From the NCBI GenBank assembly GCA_012026655.1, contig JAAILG010000892.1:1-64000 (forward strand): a DNA stretch of 64,000 nucleotides, given 5' to 3'. Within the stretch, counting starts at the first letter, position 1, and each line of letters opens with the position of its first letter. The notes beneath the pieces are model-generated. The model searched no databases. It worked only from the letters and a program-made list of their open reading frames with translations, and was not told where the DNA came from. The stretch is from Hydrolagus affinis (lineage: Eukaryota). Positions 35,571 to 48,235 of this stretch are shown in pieces. Made by a program: the position numbers and the translations under genes.

Positions 35571-37727
35571 TGCTGAAATCCTGGTGCTTTCAGTCTCTAT
35601 GCAATACAAACTGATAGAGCCTTATTCAAACTGCGCTTTTTAACCCTCAAGCTGCCAGGAAGCCAGCGTGCGCTTGGCTGAAAATGTCTCCTGGATGGAA
35701 ATGAACAGAGGGTTTTTGATTAATGAACCCGGTTGGCGAAAGTGTTACTTCAGGAATATCGCAACTAATTAGCAAGTTAAGAGTTCACCTGATATTAACC
35801 ATTAATCTTTAGAGCCACAGCTCTTCCCCACTGAAGGGGAGTTCGGAAAAGGAAGAGGATTCAGGCTGATCAGGGTATAGACATAAACTTGACAAATAGG
35901 GTGCTTTAGAACTGCATGACTATATTAGCATAATGTGTCTGGTAAGCAACCTGTCACTCAAGGAGAGGCTGGGTGTGATTGGCAGCTTAACCTGCTGAAT
36001 GCCACTGTCTCTCCCCATCAGTTTTGGTGCCTATCAGTTACAATTTCCAACGTGAAGTATCAGTAATGTAAAATAATGCTGACCTCTGCCCCTAGCCCGG
36101 GGCCACATTGCGGCTTTGTGCTTCATTCACTACACAGCAGCCCAGGGCTCCCTTCTGCTGCTCTCACTTTCATGTGCTACACTGGCAAGAGACCGCTTCT
36201 CGCATGCATGTATTCAGCGCAGTGCGCCTTCCTTAATCGATGAGACTGTTAGAGAAAGCCATGTCACCTCCTCTTGATTCAGTGCTCGCAAACACCAGGA
36301 AAACAACACAGTCAGGATACTAATTCTGGAAACTTCTAGGAGCAGGTTGATGCCCGAGCATTATAAATATGGAAGCTTAATCAGGTTGCACTGGGTAACA
36401 TTCCAGATTTAATTGATGGGTGAGCTTGGTGCAAGTTAACTGTTTCAAAACCAGAATGAAAACTGTTTGCAGGCTTCTCCTGATGGTTAAGTCACTGACT
36501 TGTGCAGGACTGAGCCACACAGATCAGGAAGGCCCCAGGTCAGTGTTGAACTGATCAGTGTGCTGACTGTAAATGGTTCAACCGTCACTGGACTAAGGTG
36601 AGGAACTAAAAGCAGTTCTGAGTCGCTCCCTAATGATCTCTACACCTATGGCTCTCAGGCCAGAGAAGATTCCCACTCAACTGTGAATGTCTACTTCTCA
36701 CCTGAAGAATATCTGCTGTACTGTTATTTAGTCCAAAACACAATGTGTATTCCCTCAGTACTTTATTTGAAATTTCTTTCACACTCTCAAATCTGCAAGT
36801 CACTCTTCCCAGAATCCTTTTATACTTTGCACCATCCATATTCAATTACCACTTATGTTGTTAAAGCAAATATATATAATATAATATTATTATATATTAT
36901 TATTTATTATAAAGCAAATATGCAACATCCACTTGGTGGAAGCAATGGAGGCCTCGTGGGGCCATTGGAATTGAAGCTTAGCTCCAGGTCCTCGCCTTCA
37001 AGACAGAAAGATATGAAATCAGAGTGCAGTACTTTGTAGAACAAAATTAGTTTTGTAAAACACTTAGATATGATGACAGGGATGATTGGAGCATTAGTTA
37101 ACAAGGAGTCAACTTTGTCATAATTTGTTCAATTCGGTACATGAGAAGCAATTAATTTTGCTGTAATATGGATCTAAGGACAATTTCATGGAAAGCAATA
37201 CTGCAGATTTGTGGCTCAATGCTAACTGGTGTCTATTAGACCGGGGAAATTCTTCCTCTAAAGACATAACAAAAAGCTCACTCCCCAATTTTAATCCAAT
37301 CTCCTTTCTGTATTTTTAAGAATACCAATCTCCCTGTAAAACATTGCATTAAAAAGTCACACGTACAGTGAAACCTTCAATCCACGAGCAACCAGAATCT
37401 TGTGTAATTGGGGATACAATTGCAGGACTTGTATGGGCATTTGCAGTGTGTTTTGAACTGTGACTGAGTTGTGTTGTGAATCTAGGAGCTTGCAGATGTC
37501 AGCATGGGATGGGTTGAAAGGCTGACCAAACACAACTTCCAGCAGCCTTGTTTCCTTAAAGTAACACAGGATTGTCAGGCTGTATTGTCAGTTATTGGAT
37601 AGAAATAATTCTGTGTTGGAACCCTGCTGGACCTGACTCTTCATACCTAACAAAGCTAATTGTGGCTTCAGCTAAATGGCTTTGATTGAGGTGGGTGAGC
37701 ACTGATTGTTGTTTGAATCCACATAAT

Positions 37728-37780
37728 AACAACAACAAAATTACATTGGGACGTTGGGAGGACGTCCCAAGGCGCTGAAA
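37728..37780 (-). mobile_element. ultra-short L2 tail insertion
   Basis: (AAC)n AAAATTACATT..ACGTTGGGAGGACGTCCCAAGGCGCTGAA. Confidence 0.85.
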
Positions 37781-37800
37781 CAATGCAAGAAGCCCATTGA

Positions 37801-38240
37801 AGTAATAGGGAGGAAAAGCATGGGAAAGAATGGATTAGGGATGAAAGATAAATCCTAAATTATTGATACAGTGAGCGGATGGGACCAAGAAGCTTGTGTG
37901 GATCATAAACCATATCACAGCACAAGTCAGTTTATCCGGGGCAGAGGGGAGAAAATCGAGAAGGATGAAATGGAGTATTCCACGTCCTCCTAAGTGTATT
38001 GCTGTTGTCAGTGCTGTGTGCTACTGCTGGCAAGATCCCTGTCATACTGACGTACGTCAAAGCCATTGGACTAAAGTCTCTATAAACTTCCACAAGGAAC
38101 AAACTGAGCATAGTCACTGTAACAATGTGAATTTCAAGGCTAGTGGAGCAATAAGGAGGAAAAACACTGGGAAAATGGGGTGGGGGGTGAAAGATAAATC
38201 CGAAGCTATCGAGACAGTGAGCGGATGGGAGCAGCAGCTG
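37801..38240. repeat. ~95-bp direct repeat pair (37801-37894 and 38147-38240)
   Basis: Shared GGAGGAAAA..TGGGAAA..TGAAAGATAAATCC..ACAGTGAGCGGATGGGA. Confidence 0.8.
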
Positions 38241-38991
38241 AGCCTGTATGTATTCATGTATCCGTGATTCATTCTGAGGGCTGTTTTAGCCTTCATAAAA
38301 TATTCATTCTGGTTGTGGACGGGCTCTATAATTGCCATCTCCAGCCTTGAATTATTTATAGGTTTGACTACTCAGATAGGCTCATTTGCTGATAACGTAG
38401 ATAACACTGAACAAGTGGATCCCAAACACTGTAATGCCACTACTTTGCATTAAATAGCGGGATTACATTACCCAAGGTGTAATGCACTGGCCTCTGCTGT
38501 TTTTTTCACACTGGAACAGATATAATTTTAGTATTTATAACATGCAAATGACTCACTTCTCTCTGGTCTTGTCTTTCCTGCATAGCTCGCTGATATCAAA
38601 GTACCAGGAAACCTAGGGTGAGATTTTGATGTAACTGGTAAATTTAGACAGTGAACACCTGCCCTGATTTAAAAAATTAAAATAGCAGAACAGCTTCTGC
38701 GTAGGTACAGATTATGTTGAAGTATGATTTTTAATTTGTCCTCGGTTTCCACTTTCTAAAAATTCTAAGAATTGCATTCAATTTGGAAGCTCAGTGAGAT
38801 TTATTCAGTCAATAGCTGATGTCTACAGACCAGGTCTGTTCCCTGTTTTGTGCTGAATTAGTTGATCTCAGTTAGGGCAGCAGGAGAGATGCTGAAATTG
38901 GCTTTAAGGCCTTGGATAAGAGAGAAGAAACATCCAGAATTACCATTCGTGTTTGTGTTTGCTGCATGTGTTTGGATATCAGGTAGAAAGT

Positions 38992-39380
38992 GTCAGTGTG
39001 GCTCAGTTGGTAGCACTCTCACCTCTCAGTCAGATGCTTGTTGGTTCGATCCTGAGTCAGTACTTGGAACCTATATAGTCTAGGCTGATACCCCAATACA
39101 GTGCTGGAGTGTGCTGCATTATCGAAGATGGCGATCGTTGGATGAGACGTGAAACCAAGACATCTGCCTGGTCAAGTGGATGTTAAAGATCCAACAGCGT
39201 TTTTTGAAAAGTGTACAGAGTTTATCCCTACCAACAATGTTCTGGCCCAACAATCTACCAAATAAAATTGGTCATTCATTCCATGGCTGTTTGTGGGACA
39301 TTGCTGTTCTCAAATCAGCTGCCGCATTTACCCCCAAAGCACAGTCACACCACTTTACAGTATTTACTTTGAAGCGCTTT
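38992..39380 (+). mobile_element. near full-length Deu-domain SINE inserted in an AmnSINE2-like element (38810-38990 / 39380-39575)
   Basis: GTGGCTCAGTTGGTAGCACTCTCACCTCT head, GGTTCGATCC B box, GGATGAGACGTGAAACC..GTGGATGTTAAAGATCC..GGCTGTTTGTGGGACATTGCTG. Confidence 0.85.
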
Positions 39381-40772
39381 GCATGTGTGGATGTTGGGTG
39401 GAACACGGACAACTGGACATCCACACACATGCAGATTGGGTACGACTCTGATCTCCTCAATGGTTGAACAGCCTGTCAAAGCTCAGTGACGGGTTCACAC
39501 ATCAAGACTAGGCATGGTATATGGAACGGTAACCGAGCAGAGGGTAACATTTTCGGAGACATGGGGGAGAAATTAGGGAATTTATTAAAAGTCTTTGGCA
39601 TGGATTAAGAGAACAATAAATGGAAGGACGCAAGTAAAATCTATTCATCACAATGTTACTCAGTCAGAAGGATGATAAAATCCTACTTATAAAAATGTTA
39701 TTGGATTTACAGAGTTCCTTGCAGGATCTTATCAGACATAATAGAGATACTGAAGGAATTCTAATTTGTTATCCTAAATCTATCCTGCAGGGAGCATACA
39801 GAATCCGGCAGGATTTTTTGAACTGTATTGGCTATATTGTTATCAGGCAATCATTCAGTGGTGAAGTTGCTTTTTAACCCAATACCATTGTAATCCCTGA
39901 TCCCGGCAGCATGGGAGACAGAGGCTTTACTGCAGCTGTTTATAATGGGTGGAGGCTTTTTGGAAGTGACCGAAGGATGGAAGTCTGTGCAGAGTGGGAG
40001 TTAGGGCTACTTCTCTGTTATACAGGGTGGGGAGCAACTTCTGACATCTGCTATTCCTCTGTTTCATTAATAGCAATGTGCTAATTCTCTTTGTATCACA
40101 GCACTGAGGAATGATTGTATAATGTTAAGTTGTTAGTGTCTATGTAGTACGTACACATGCATGGATGAGAATGGAGTTTCAGTGGCGATAGATTTTAACA
40201 GTCAGTTTCTAGGCCACATATGCAAATAGCTGTCACAAGCAAATGATTAATTGTCCTAACAAACATTGGCGATTGATTCATTGATTGAAGCATTTGATTC
40301 TTGCTGGCAGTAGAATATAGTACCTACGCCTATGTCTCAGCCCTGTCATGTATGGATTACAATGATACGCTTTCTGCTCCAGGAAAGCTGTGTCTGGCAC
40401 ACATACCTAATGCAAATGGGCACACACTTGAAAACAATCCTGAAGTCTTTAATACAGACACCAGAGCCCTGCGGGCAGGCAAAATGGATTCGAGTTACTA
40501 TGAACTACTGAGCAGCAAGCTCTGTGGAGCAGCTGTCTGGTATAGGTGTCACTGAACAGCAGTGCGGAGAATAATACAAGGTGGGCCTAGACACTTTTGA
40601 GGGGGAAGGGGTTGGAGAAGAGCAAGCATCGCTCGTAGGCCATAACCCCTTTTCCTTTGGGTTTTATCCTCTCAAATATTTTATTCCCTCTCTACTGATC
40701 TCTTACACGGTAGCAGGAACTTCCCTGCCCTGGCTGAATTCCCCTTTCCCACTCAAGGCATTGAGACTATGT

Positions 40773-41081
40773 GGTTCCTGTAGCTCAGTGGTTAGAGCAC
40801 TCGCCTTGCAAGCGAGCGACCTTGGTTCGATTCCCGGCAGGGCGAATCCTTGGGCAAGTTTTCTCACTCCACATGCCTGAAAATAAACCTTCAAGAAAAA
40901 ACCACAATAAGAATTTGGTCACTCAATCCATGACTGTTTGTGGGACATCGCTTTGCGTAAATGTCTGTCACGTTTTGCCCACAAAAGATAAGAGTCACTG
41001 CACTTTACAGTGTATTCTATGAAGCGCTTTGAGATGTCTCAAAGATGTGAATAAGTGCTATATCAAATGCAAGGCTTATTA
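40773..41081 (+). mobile_element. tRNA-headed SINE, short form, best-preserved head
   Basis: A box TAGCTCAGTGG 40781-40791, anticodon-like stem CTCGC/GCGAG with loop CTTGCAA, B box GGTTCGATTCC 40824-40834. Confidence 0.92.
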
Positions 41082-41844
41082 CAGTAGCCTCTACAAAGAT
41101 CAATGACTAAACATTGAGTCTGTATGGCTCAGTGCTGCAGTGGACAGTGCCTTTACCCACTGGGTTATCACGGTAACCACTCAGGGTTAGATATATTGTA
41201 TATTCTGTGAAATGCTTTGAGATGTCTCAAAGACGCGATAAGGCAAGGATTATTATTATTATATATGCCAGTTCTGAATTTAAAAAAATTCTAAATGAGG
41301 TTCTCTCCCTCTGTTTTTATTTTAAAGTAGAGGCAGAAGGGAAAAAAACCCATAAATGTGTTTCATATTTTTGCAGATTATTTTAGTCTGGGAAAATATG
41401 ATTGAATCGCATCTCAAATGAACCACAACAACTAACCAGCTCCTTCCAAAAACAATGATTATTCCGTGACTCAGTTCCACTATGAAATTCCAGTTATTTT
41501 ATGGTCTGAAGCATAATTGCCTGTAGTTTGGTCAGTGATTCAGCATCCAGTTTCTAGATGGAAGATGGATGGAAGATGTGTGCTTGAATAGAATAAGTCT
41601 TTGTGTCTGTCAAAGTCTTTGTGTATGCCTTAAGCAAGACACAAAGGGTCCTTGCTTAAGGCTCCACTGGTGGCTCAGGAGTAAAGGCACAACCTAGAGC
41701 AGACTGAGTTATACAAACTGCTGTTTGCTCTCATGGATAATAAAAAAACACTTGAACATGCCCCACATCGATGACAATGTATCCCAACTTTGTTTACATA
41801 GAAATACATTACTTCCACCAGTCAGCAAGTCAGTAACAAGAGAT

Positions 41845-42315
41845 ATTCACAAAAGGAAGTAAAGGGGAGATTTGAAAGAATGTCTTTATGTGGGGGTGGC
41901 TTGGAACATGGAATTCTCTGTCTCAAAAAAAACCATTGTATTGAAACAGAATCCTCAGATGATTGAAACAGAATAATAAATAGGATGAACAGGAGAGAGC
42001 TATCAGTCTAATGACTTTATTCCTAGTGGTCAGGTGGTCCTAAACACAAGTGCAGACCTTGAATGGGCTGCATTATCCTGTGATTCTGTGGTGCTTTTAG
42101 TGGCAGGGAAGGTGTGAGGTATAGGGAAGGTTCACACAGGTACCTGTAACAGCAGATCAAATTGGAATGTTTGAAAGGGAGATAGTTAGATACCTAGGAA
42201 GTACAGACATTTGGGGTATGGAGAAAAGTTGGGAATAAGATTAAAAGATCTATTAATAAACTAGTGGAACAGGCTCACTGGGCTCAAAGGCATCCCACTA
42301 TTCCCATGTTCTTAA
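41845..42315 (+). mobile_element. two tandem CR1 3' relics
   Basis: ATGGAATTCTCTGTCTCAA (WNSL), TTTGAAAGGGAGATAG, terminal GATTCTGTG and CATGTTCTTA. Confidence 0.55.
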
Positions 42316-43343
42316 ATGTGAAGGAAGCAAGGATTTTCTTTATTTGGGCCAAAACTCATATAGATCACCTGCATTCACAGCCTTACAGCAGGACCAGCTC
42401 TGTCTCCATCTGAAATGACAACATTCCAGATTTTAAGATGACATTCGCAGGCTAAACTCAAATGCAGCGTATTGCAGTTCTGAATCAAATAGCAGTAATT
42501 CAGAGACTGAAGTAACAAAGTTAACTGTTTGATGGATATGGAGCACTCCAACGCTGACATGTCCACAGTACTTGCTGCAGGCGGATAATGGATTGGCTCT
42601 CTGTCCCCTAGGCCGAACTTTCCCCCATCTGGCAGTGTGAGGTCCCCTATTACTGAAGGGAGGACTGAATGAATTATGATGTGAGCTCGCAATGCTCTGC
42701 TAGGTGACCAGAAGCACAGAGAGGTCAGGTCTTTGGTAAGGTGACTTTTACAGTGAAGCAGACCCGGGTTGAAGTTTACAGATTGCCTCTCTCCCCTCCA
42801 CCATTGCCCTCTCCCTTCCCCACCAGCCACCCCTCCCCCCCCTCTTTTCCGAGCATCTATGTCGTAGCCTGTTTCAAGCATTAACGTCCTGTAAAGAATT
42901 TTGCTCAACTCCAGAAGCCAGCTGTTTTGGTCTTTTGTGCTCCTGGAATTGTTTGGAGGCATTGGAAGAGAAGGTTGTGATGCTGACACTCACTCACTAG
43001 GCTGACGCATAAAGAACGGTCACTTGGTGATACATTGGGGGGCATAAGGCACCTGTATGCCTGGTCAGGCCAGTGCCTTCAGGAGAAGAGTACAATAAAA
43101 TCCATCAGTTATTGAAACGCTGATATTGCTTACAGGGCACATGGTGAAATGTTTCACACACTAAAACTAACCACCTTTTCAATATATTTTTGTAAAGGCG
43201 CATTCCCAGGATAAAGACATGGCAAAATGATTGTTCTTTTTAACTTGTGATGTATGCCAGTATTTCTGTCTGTGTGATGCATTTGTGCAACCAAAGCCAG
43301 GGAATTCATTGCCACAGATATTCTCAACAATATGGTGGATATC

Positions 43344-43710
43344 ATAATAATAATGCATAATAATAATTTTATTTGTTGCAGCTCATTATCGTCTCAACAA
43401 AATGTCTCAAAGTGCTTCACTCTGAAGTGTAGTGACTGTATATTTTCTAAACAGATTCGGTAGCCAATTTGCACAAACAGTCATGAAATAGGGATCTTCG
43501 GGAGAAACTCTGTTTCAAATAATGTCAACGGATCTTTAATGTCCACCTGAACAGGCAAATACTGGTTTAATGTCTCATCCAAACAACAGAACCTCTCACA
43601 ATGCAATACTCCTCTAGCACTGTCTTGGTGGGTCAATAAACTGGGAGTTCAGAGTCCTGTGGGTTTGAACCCACAACCTTCTGACTCAATGAGATAATTG
43701 GTAACTGAAT
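43344..43710 (-). mobile_element. Deu-domain SINE
   Basis: GGATCTTTAATGTCCACCTGAACAGGCA..GGTTTAATGTCTCATCC..GGGTTTGAACCCACAACCTTCTGACTCA. Confidence 0.85.
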
Positions 43711-43909
43711 TCACAACATCATCATACAAAGTTGCTACACTTCATTTCAACATCCCAATAGGTATTTGAAGTCCATTGCCAATTCATCTTTAAGTCGCAT
43801 TTGGAATTCTAAGATATATTCAATAAAATTTTGAGTGTTGATTCAATGTCAGTGATTATTTAAACCAAACTTTTTTTAATTTCAAAGGCAGAAGTCACTA
43901 AATAAAAAC

Positions 43910-44112
43910 AGAGGCCAGAAATGGTTGTTCTTAGCCTTAAGACTTTAGTAATCTAAAAATTTTAATTTTGGGGAAAATTCTTAAATTCAGTCTTGATTTA
44001 GAAGCTGTTTTTCTGCAATTCTTAAAAAAAACTTCCAAATGAAATCTAAATTAAGGAATCCTTCAAATTCAGCATGGCCTGAAATTAAAACTCGATAGTC
44101 TTCAGCCTAAGG
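43910..44112 (+). repeat. unclassified AT-rich dispersed repeat
   Basis: TCTTAGCCTTAAGACT..GGAAAATTCT shared with 50833-51030; TTAAATTCAGTCTT..GAAGCT is inverted at 16552-16590. Confidence 0.6.
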
Positions 44113-44289
44113 GTACGAGTTTTTTCAGGTCTTTGCTCATGCAAAAGGGAACACTTCATTTGCTGTGAAGTAATCTCAAATCTGTTTCTCTTCCTCCCCA
44201 CCCCCCTCCCCCCCCAACTGCACCCCCACACTGATCATGGCAGTCTAGGGAGGAAGAAGAAGGAGCGGGGGTGGGGAAGGGTGGTTGAA

Positions 44290-44640
44290 AGCCATGTTAT
44301 TTGTTAGCAGCAGCAAAGCCATACTCTGACACGAAGCATAATTTATCACTGTGGAGTGACTTATTAAGAGCAAGGAATAGAATGTAACGCTTAGCACTGA
44401 GTCCAGCCGAGGATGATTAGCTTTGCGGATTTGACTATGATTTGTTGACAAGGCAGAGGGATGAATTGTGGGACTTGAGCACGTGTGTGACTCTCATTAT
44501 TCAGTATTAGCCGCATTAATAGTAATAATTACATGAATTAATCATTTATAATGTTTTAATAAATGTTTGGTCAGCACCTGATCTATGCTGTCAAACGCCT
44601 CCAGTCTGCACAAATTGCAGTCAGCAGGGATTTTATTCCC
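44290..44640. promoter_or_regulatory. candidate conserved non-coding element
   Basis: Repeat-free; very dense homeodomain cores (CATAATTTATC, GATTAG, ATTAATAGTAATAATTAC, AATTAATC), E-box CACGTG. Confidence 0.35.
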
Positions 44641-47600
44641 TGAGCCTGGTCTTAACTACCCTCGTGATAGTGCCCTTCATGTACTCTGTCCACAGGGACA
44701 AGACAGTTAAAAAGTTAATTTTGTCATCTGCGGATGTAATCCCGGGAGACATTTACTCTTTATTGTTGGGAATATTACATACAAAAAAGCTACACAATTT
44801 GTTTCAACACTGAATATAAAAAACCTCCTGATGTTGTTATGTAAATGTTCATGATATGTGGTGCTCTTTGACAGATATTATTTAAATACGGCTCAGTCTC
44901 GGTTCCTTTTGAAACGACTCGTGAGAGAAAAGACATAAAGAGCTGAGATTTCCTACCTGATATCATTCATACGGTTCTTGGAAGCAGAGTGTTGCTTTGT
45001 AATATTCTGTTTTCTGTGGGATTTCAAAATGTATGTTAGTATTTGAATGTATATCAAATATGACCTGAGCAATTCATTTTTAAAATGTAAAAATAAAACA
45101 AAGTTGCCCATTAAAAAGCCGTGTGGCTTTAGTGAGTTAATTCAACACATTTTTTAGCCATACAGATTGACAAGTCCCAAGTTCGATCTCTGGTCTTTGT
45201 TGAGTTAACTAATCTCAACAAAGGTGGCACAAGGCACTGTGCCACCTGACTCATTCCCCAGAGTAGGGCAAATAAATTCAGGTAGAGTTCCTTCCTTCTT
45301 GTGATTGCTGTGCAGTGATGCCACCTGAATGTGTGTGTGTGTGTGTGTGCGCACATGTACTGGATAAGAAAAGGACTGGCTGTTAAACCTCCCACTGCTT
45401 GTAATTGACTTGCTTTCCAATAATAACTGTTAAGGCTTACAATTGAATAATGGTCACTTGGGTAAGATATAGGAGAATGATCTACGCACATGGAATTACA
45501 CTCTTGGAGGGGAGAAAAAGTCTAAATGGCTGAACAATAATAATGCTTGCATTTCATGTAGCAGTTTTTTACATCAGCAGGATGTCACAAAGTGACCAGA
45601 ATTTACTGTGAAGTGGAGTGACTGTATTTGTAGATGAACGTTCTGATGTAGAGGCCAGAGTGTTATCAAATGAGCCAGGCTGACACAATCTTCCTGAGAG
45701 GAGGAAGAAAGTCAAGACGAGAAAATTTGTGAGCAAATAAAATGTGTCTGTTTAATGTGAAAATATTTGATAGTGTCAATACTGTGAAGGGGGGGAGTGG
45801 AAGATTGTTAAAGAATGGAAATCTGAAAATAGTGTAAATTGGAGTTATCTTTATTCACGGGAACAGCAACTGAAGGGATTCTACTGTTTACACACTCACC
45901 AAAAGATGATTTGATAGTTATTATTAGGTGAAGAGGCTTTTTTTCTGTGTCTGTAATTGGAATACACATCATACCTTGAAGCGAATCGCTAGATACAGCT
46001 GTTTGAAGATAAAAATGACCAGCCTCTATCCCTCAGAACATCATCCAGGGACATGAAAAGGTATCCGACCCTGGCTAATGCAATTATGAGGTGGTGGAAA
46101 CAGGCCCTCAGCACTACAGAAGAATGGGCTTGAAAGGCAGCAACAATCAGATAAGCCAACACAAAGAAGAAGTGTCAGGCCTTATTGCTGAAATAAATCA
46201 GCCTAATCTGATGGAGTTTCTTCAGCTTCTGTACTGAGGATGTGAGCTCAGTGCATCAAAGCTAATGACGAGGGAAAGGGCTTGAACCTTGTGCAGCATC
46301 AGCAGGCTGCCTCGCTCCTTCCTCCCGTGGAAATCCAATACATATTGACCTGTGTACCATTGAGAGCACTTTGCCTGGATGTCAGCAGGTTGTTCAGGAA
46401 CTCGTGTATTGGAATTGGACCTGATTGTTTCGCGAATTTAATAAAACACATTAGACGAGCGCGAGTTTGACCAGATCATCTAGCAATCAATAGCCCGTAT
46501 GTGCACAAGAAGGGGAGTATTTTAGATAAATCATGTTAAATAGTCCAAAGCATTCACTTGAAGCCAGACACTATTATTTGGTCTTTTTTTGTTTGATATA
46601 GGATATGTGTTCTTTTGGAGTGGTGGATGTGGTTAATAGCTATCTGTATTTATTTCCATTGACAGCGATAGCTGATGTTCCCACTGACTATGAAGTGCAC
46701 GTGTTGGTTTGTCATTGACTAGTTGGATACACTGTCACTGTCTACTCCTTTTATCTTCCTAAAGGAAGCATTTTTGGGACCCATATATTGTAACACTATC
46801 GGGTCATCAATCTGCCATCCAGATGTTCACGGCTTCTTACGGGAGATGTATCCAAATGGCTTATTTCTAGGAATTAGGAAATCTATCTCCTTATCTGTCA
46901 GAACTGCATTTGAATGCCATTCACCCATCTGGACCCCGATCCCATTGCTACATTTTGGCCATAACTTGACTTCGTGGATGTAGGTAATGAGATCAGCCCC
47001 GAAGCGGAACTCTGGGGCAGCGCTGTGAGACACATCCACATAGGGTTTGATATTTACCAATCTGTAATGAATCCCTGCAAATTAAATCTTGTGGACTCTA
47101 CTGCATTTTGTGGATTCAGTGTGAATCTGATGGATTTTACACTGCAGTGGACTGAATCTGATGTGAAAATCACACTGAAGTATTAGAATAGAGATGGATT
47201 GGAGGGTGACCGGTTCCTGTGGAAGTATATTCCAGACGAGGGATGAACAGAATCAAAATGTCTGCATGAGTTGACGGCAGAAGGGAGAAAATTGGCAAGG
47301 AAGCAAACAAGATCAGCTCCACTGTGTCACTTATAAATCAAGTGTAGCTGTTGAGTATTTATGGGGGATTTAGCATGACTGAAAGCAAAACTGGGTGTCA
47401 GCACAAAGGTTAAGTCTCGTGGCTGATGGAATCTCTCACATTCCCGGTGCCATCGATATCCAGAGGCAGCTGAAATGAGCAGCTCTCATCTAGTTAGACT
47501 GTGCACAGCGGGAGAAGACAAACTCTGGAAGGAGAGCAACCACGAACCTGACGCAAAAAAGCATGGGCTCCAATTCAAATACATGGACACAATTTGCTGC

Positions 47601-47839
47601 AATGACATTCTGCACCCAATTCAATCCAATTAAATGTCACTAACTCAACAGTTGCTTGAACTGGCTTGGATAAGCTTGCATTAGAAAACAATTTACTTCT
47701 AGGTTGATGAGCAAGTTCCAAGTTGTGACGTGTTTTATATGCTGAATTTTTAAAGTGGTAATAGACTGCATGTGACCAGATGTGACCATATAGACAAAAC
47801 AGGCTGTCCTCAGTCCCATTGGCCATAGGCACATAAGTT

Positions 47840-48235
47840 CCAAAAGGGATGAGGTTCTAGAGCAGAGTCAGTAGAGGGAGAGAGAAGAGCTATGAGGAAT
47901 GACTAGATAAACTCAGGCTCTTCAGCCTTGACAAGCGGTGCCTCAGACCTTAGTGAGGTAGATTAGGACTAAATGGAATAGAAAAACAAAACCCAGAACA
48001 ATGCTTTCAAGTTATCCCAATTCTCAGGACAACAGGGCCCAGGTTCAGGCATCTGATGGGCAATTTTAGGAGAAACCCCAGCAATATTTTTTTAGAATGG
48101 GTTAACAATGGAGGTGGTTGAGTCCAGGAGATAGTCGAATTGAAGGAATATCTCATCTGTAAAGACACAGTTGTAGGATTGGTGATCTGCAAGAATGAGT
48201 TCAAAAAAGCTACTTCATCTGAACCTATCTATTGA
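47840..48235 (+). mobile_element. CR1 LINE 3' relic
   Basis: AGCTATGAGGAA..CTAGATAAACTCAGGCTCTTCAGCCTTGACAAGCGG (SYEE.LDKLRLFSLDKR), AGGACAACAGGG (RT.G). Confidence 0.7.

Noticed and set aside
40773-40845. Bona fide tRNA-Ala gene
   Set aside because: Imperfect acceptor and T stems and direct continuation into a SINE body found in many copies
42375-42989. Longest ORF (204 aa, minus strand)
   Set aside because: Non-ATG start, runs through a low-complexity G-tract, no recognisable motif; consistent with chance
46037-46060. Possible 24-nt microexon (cctcag|AACATCATCCAGGGACATGAAAAG|gtatcc)
   Set aside because: Short pyrimidine tract and weak donor; such matches are expected by chance in 64 kb; needs junction reads
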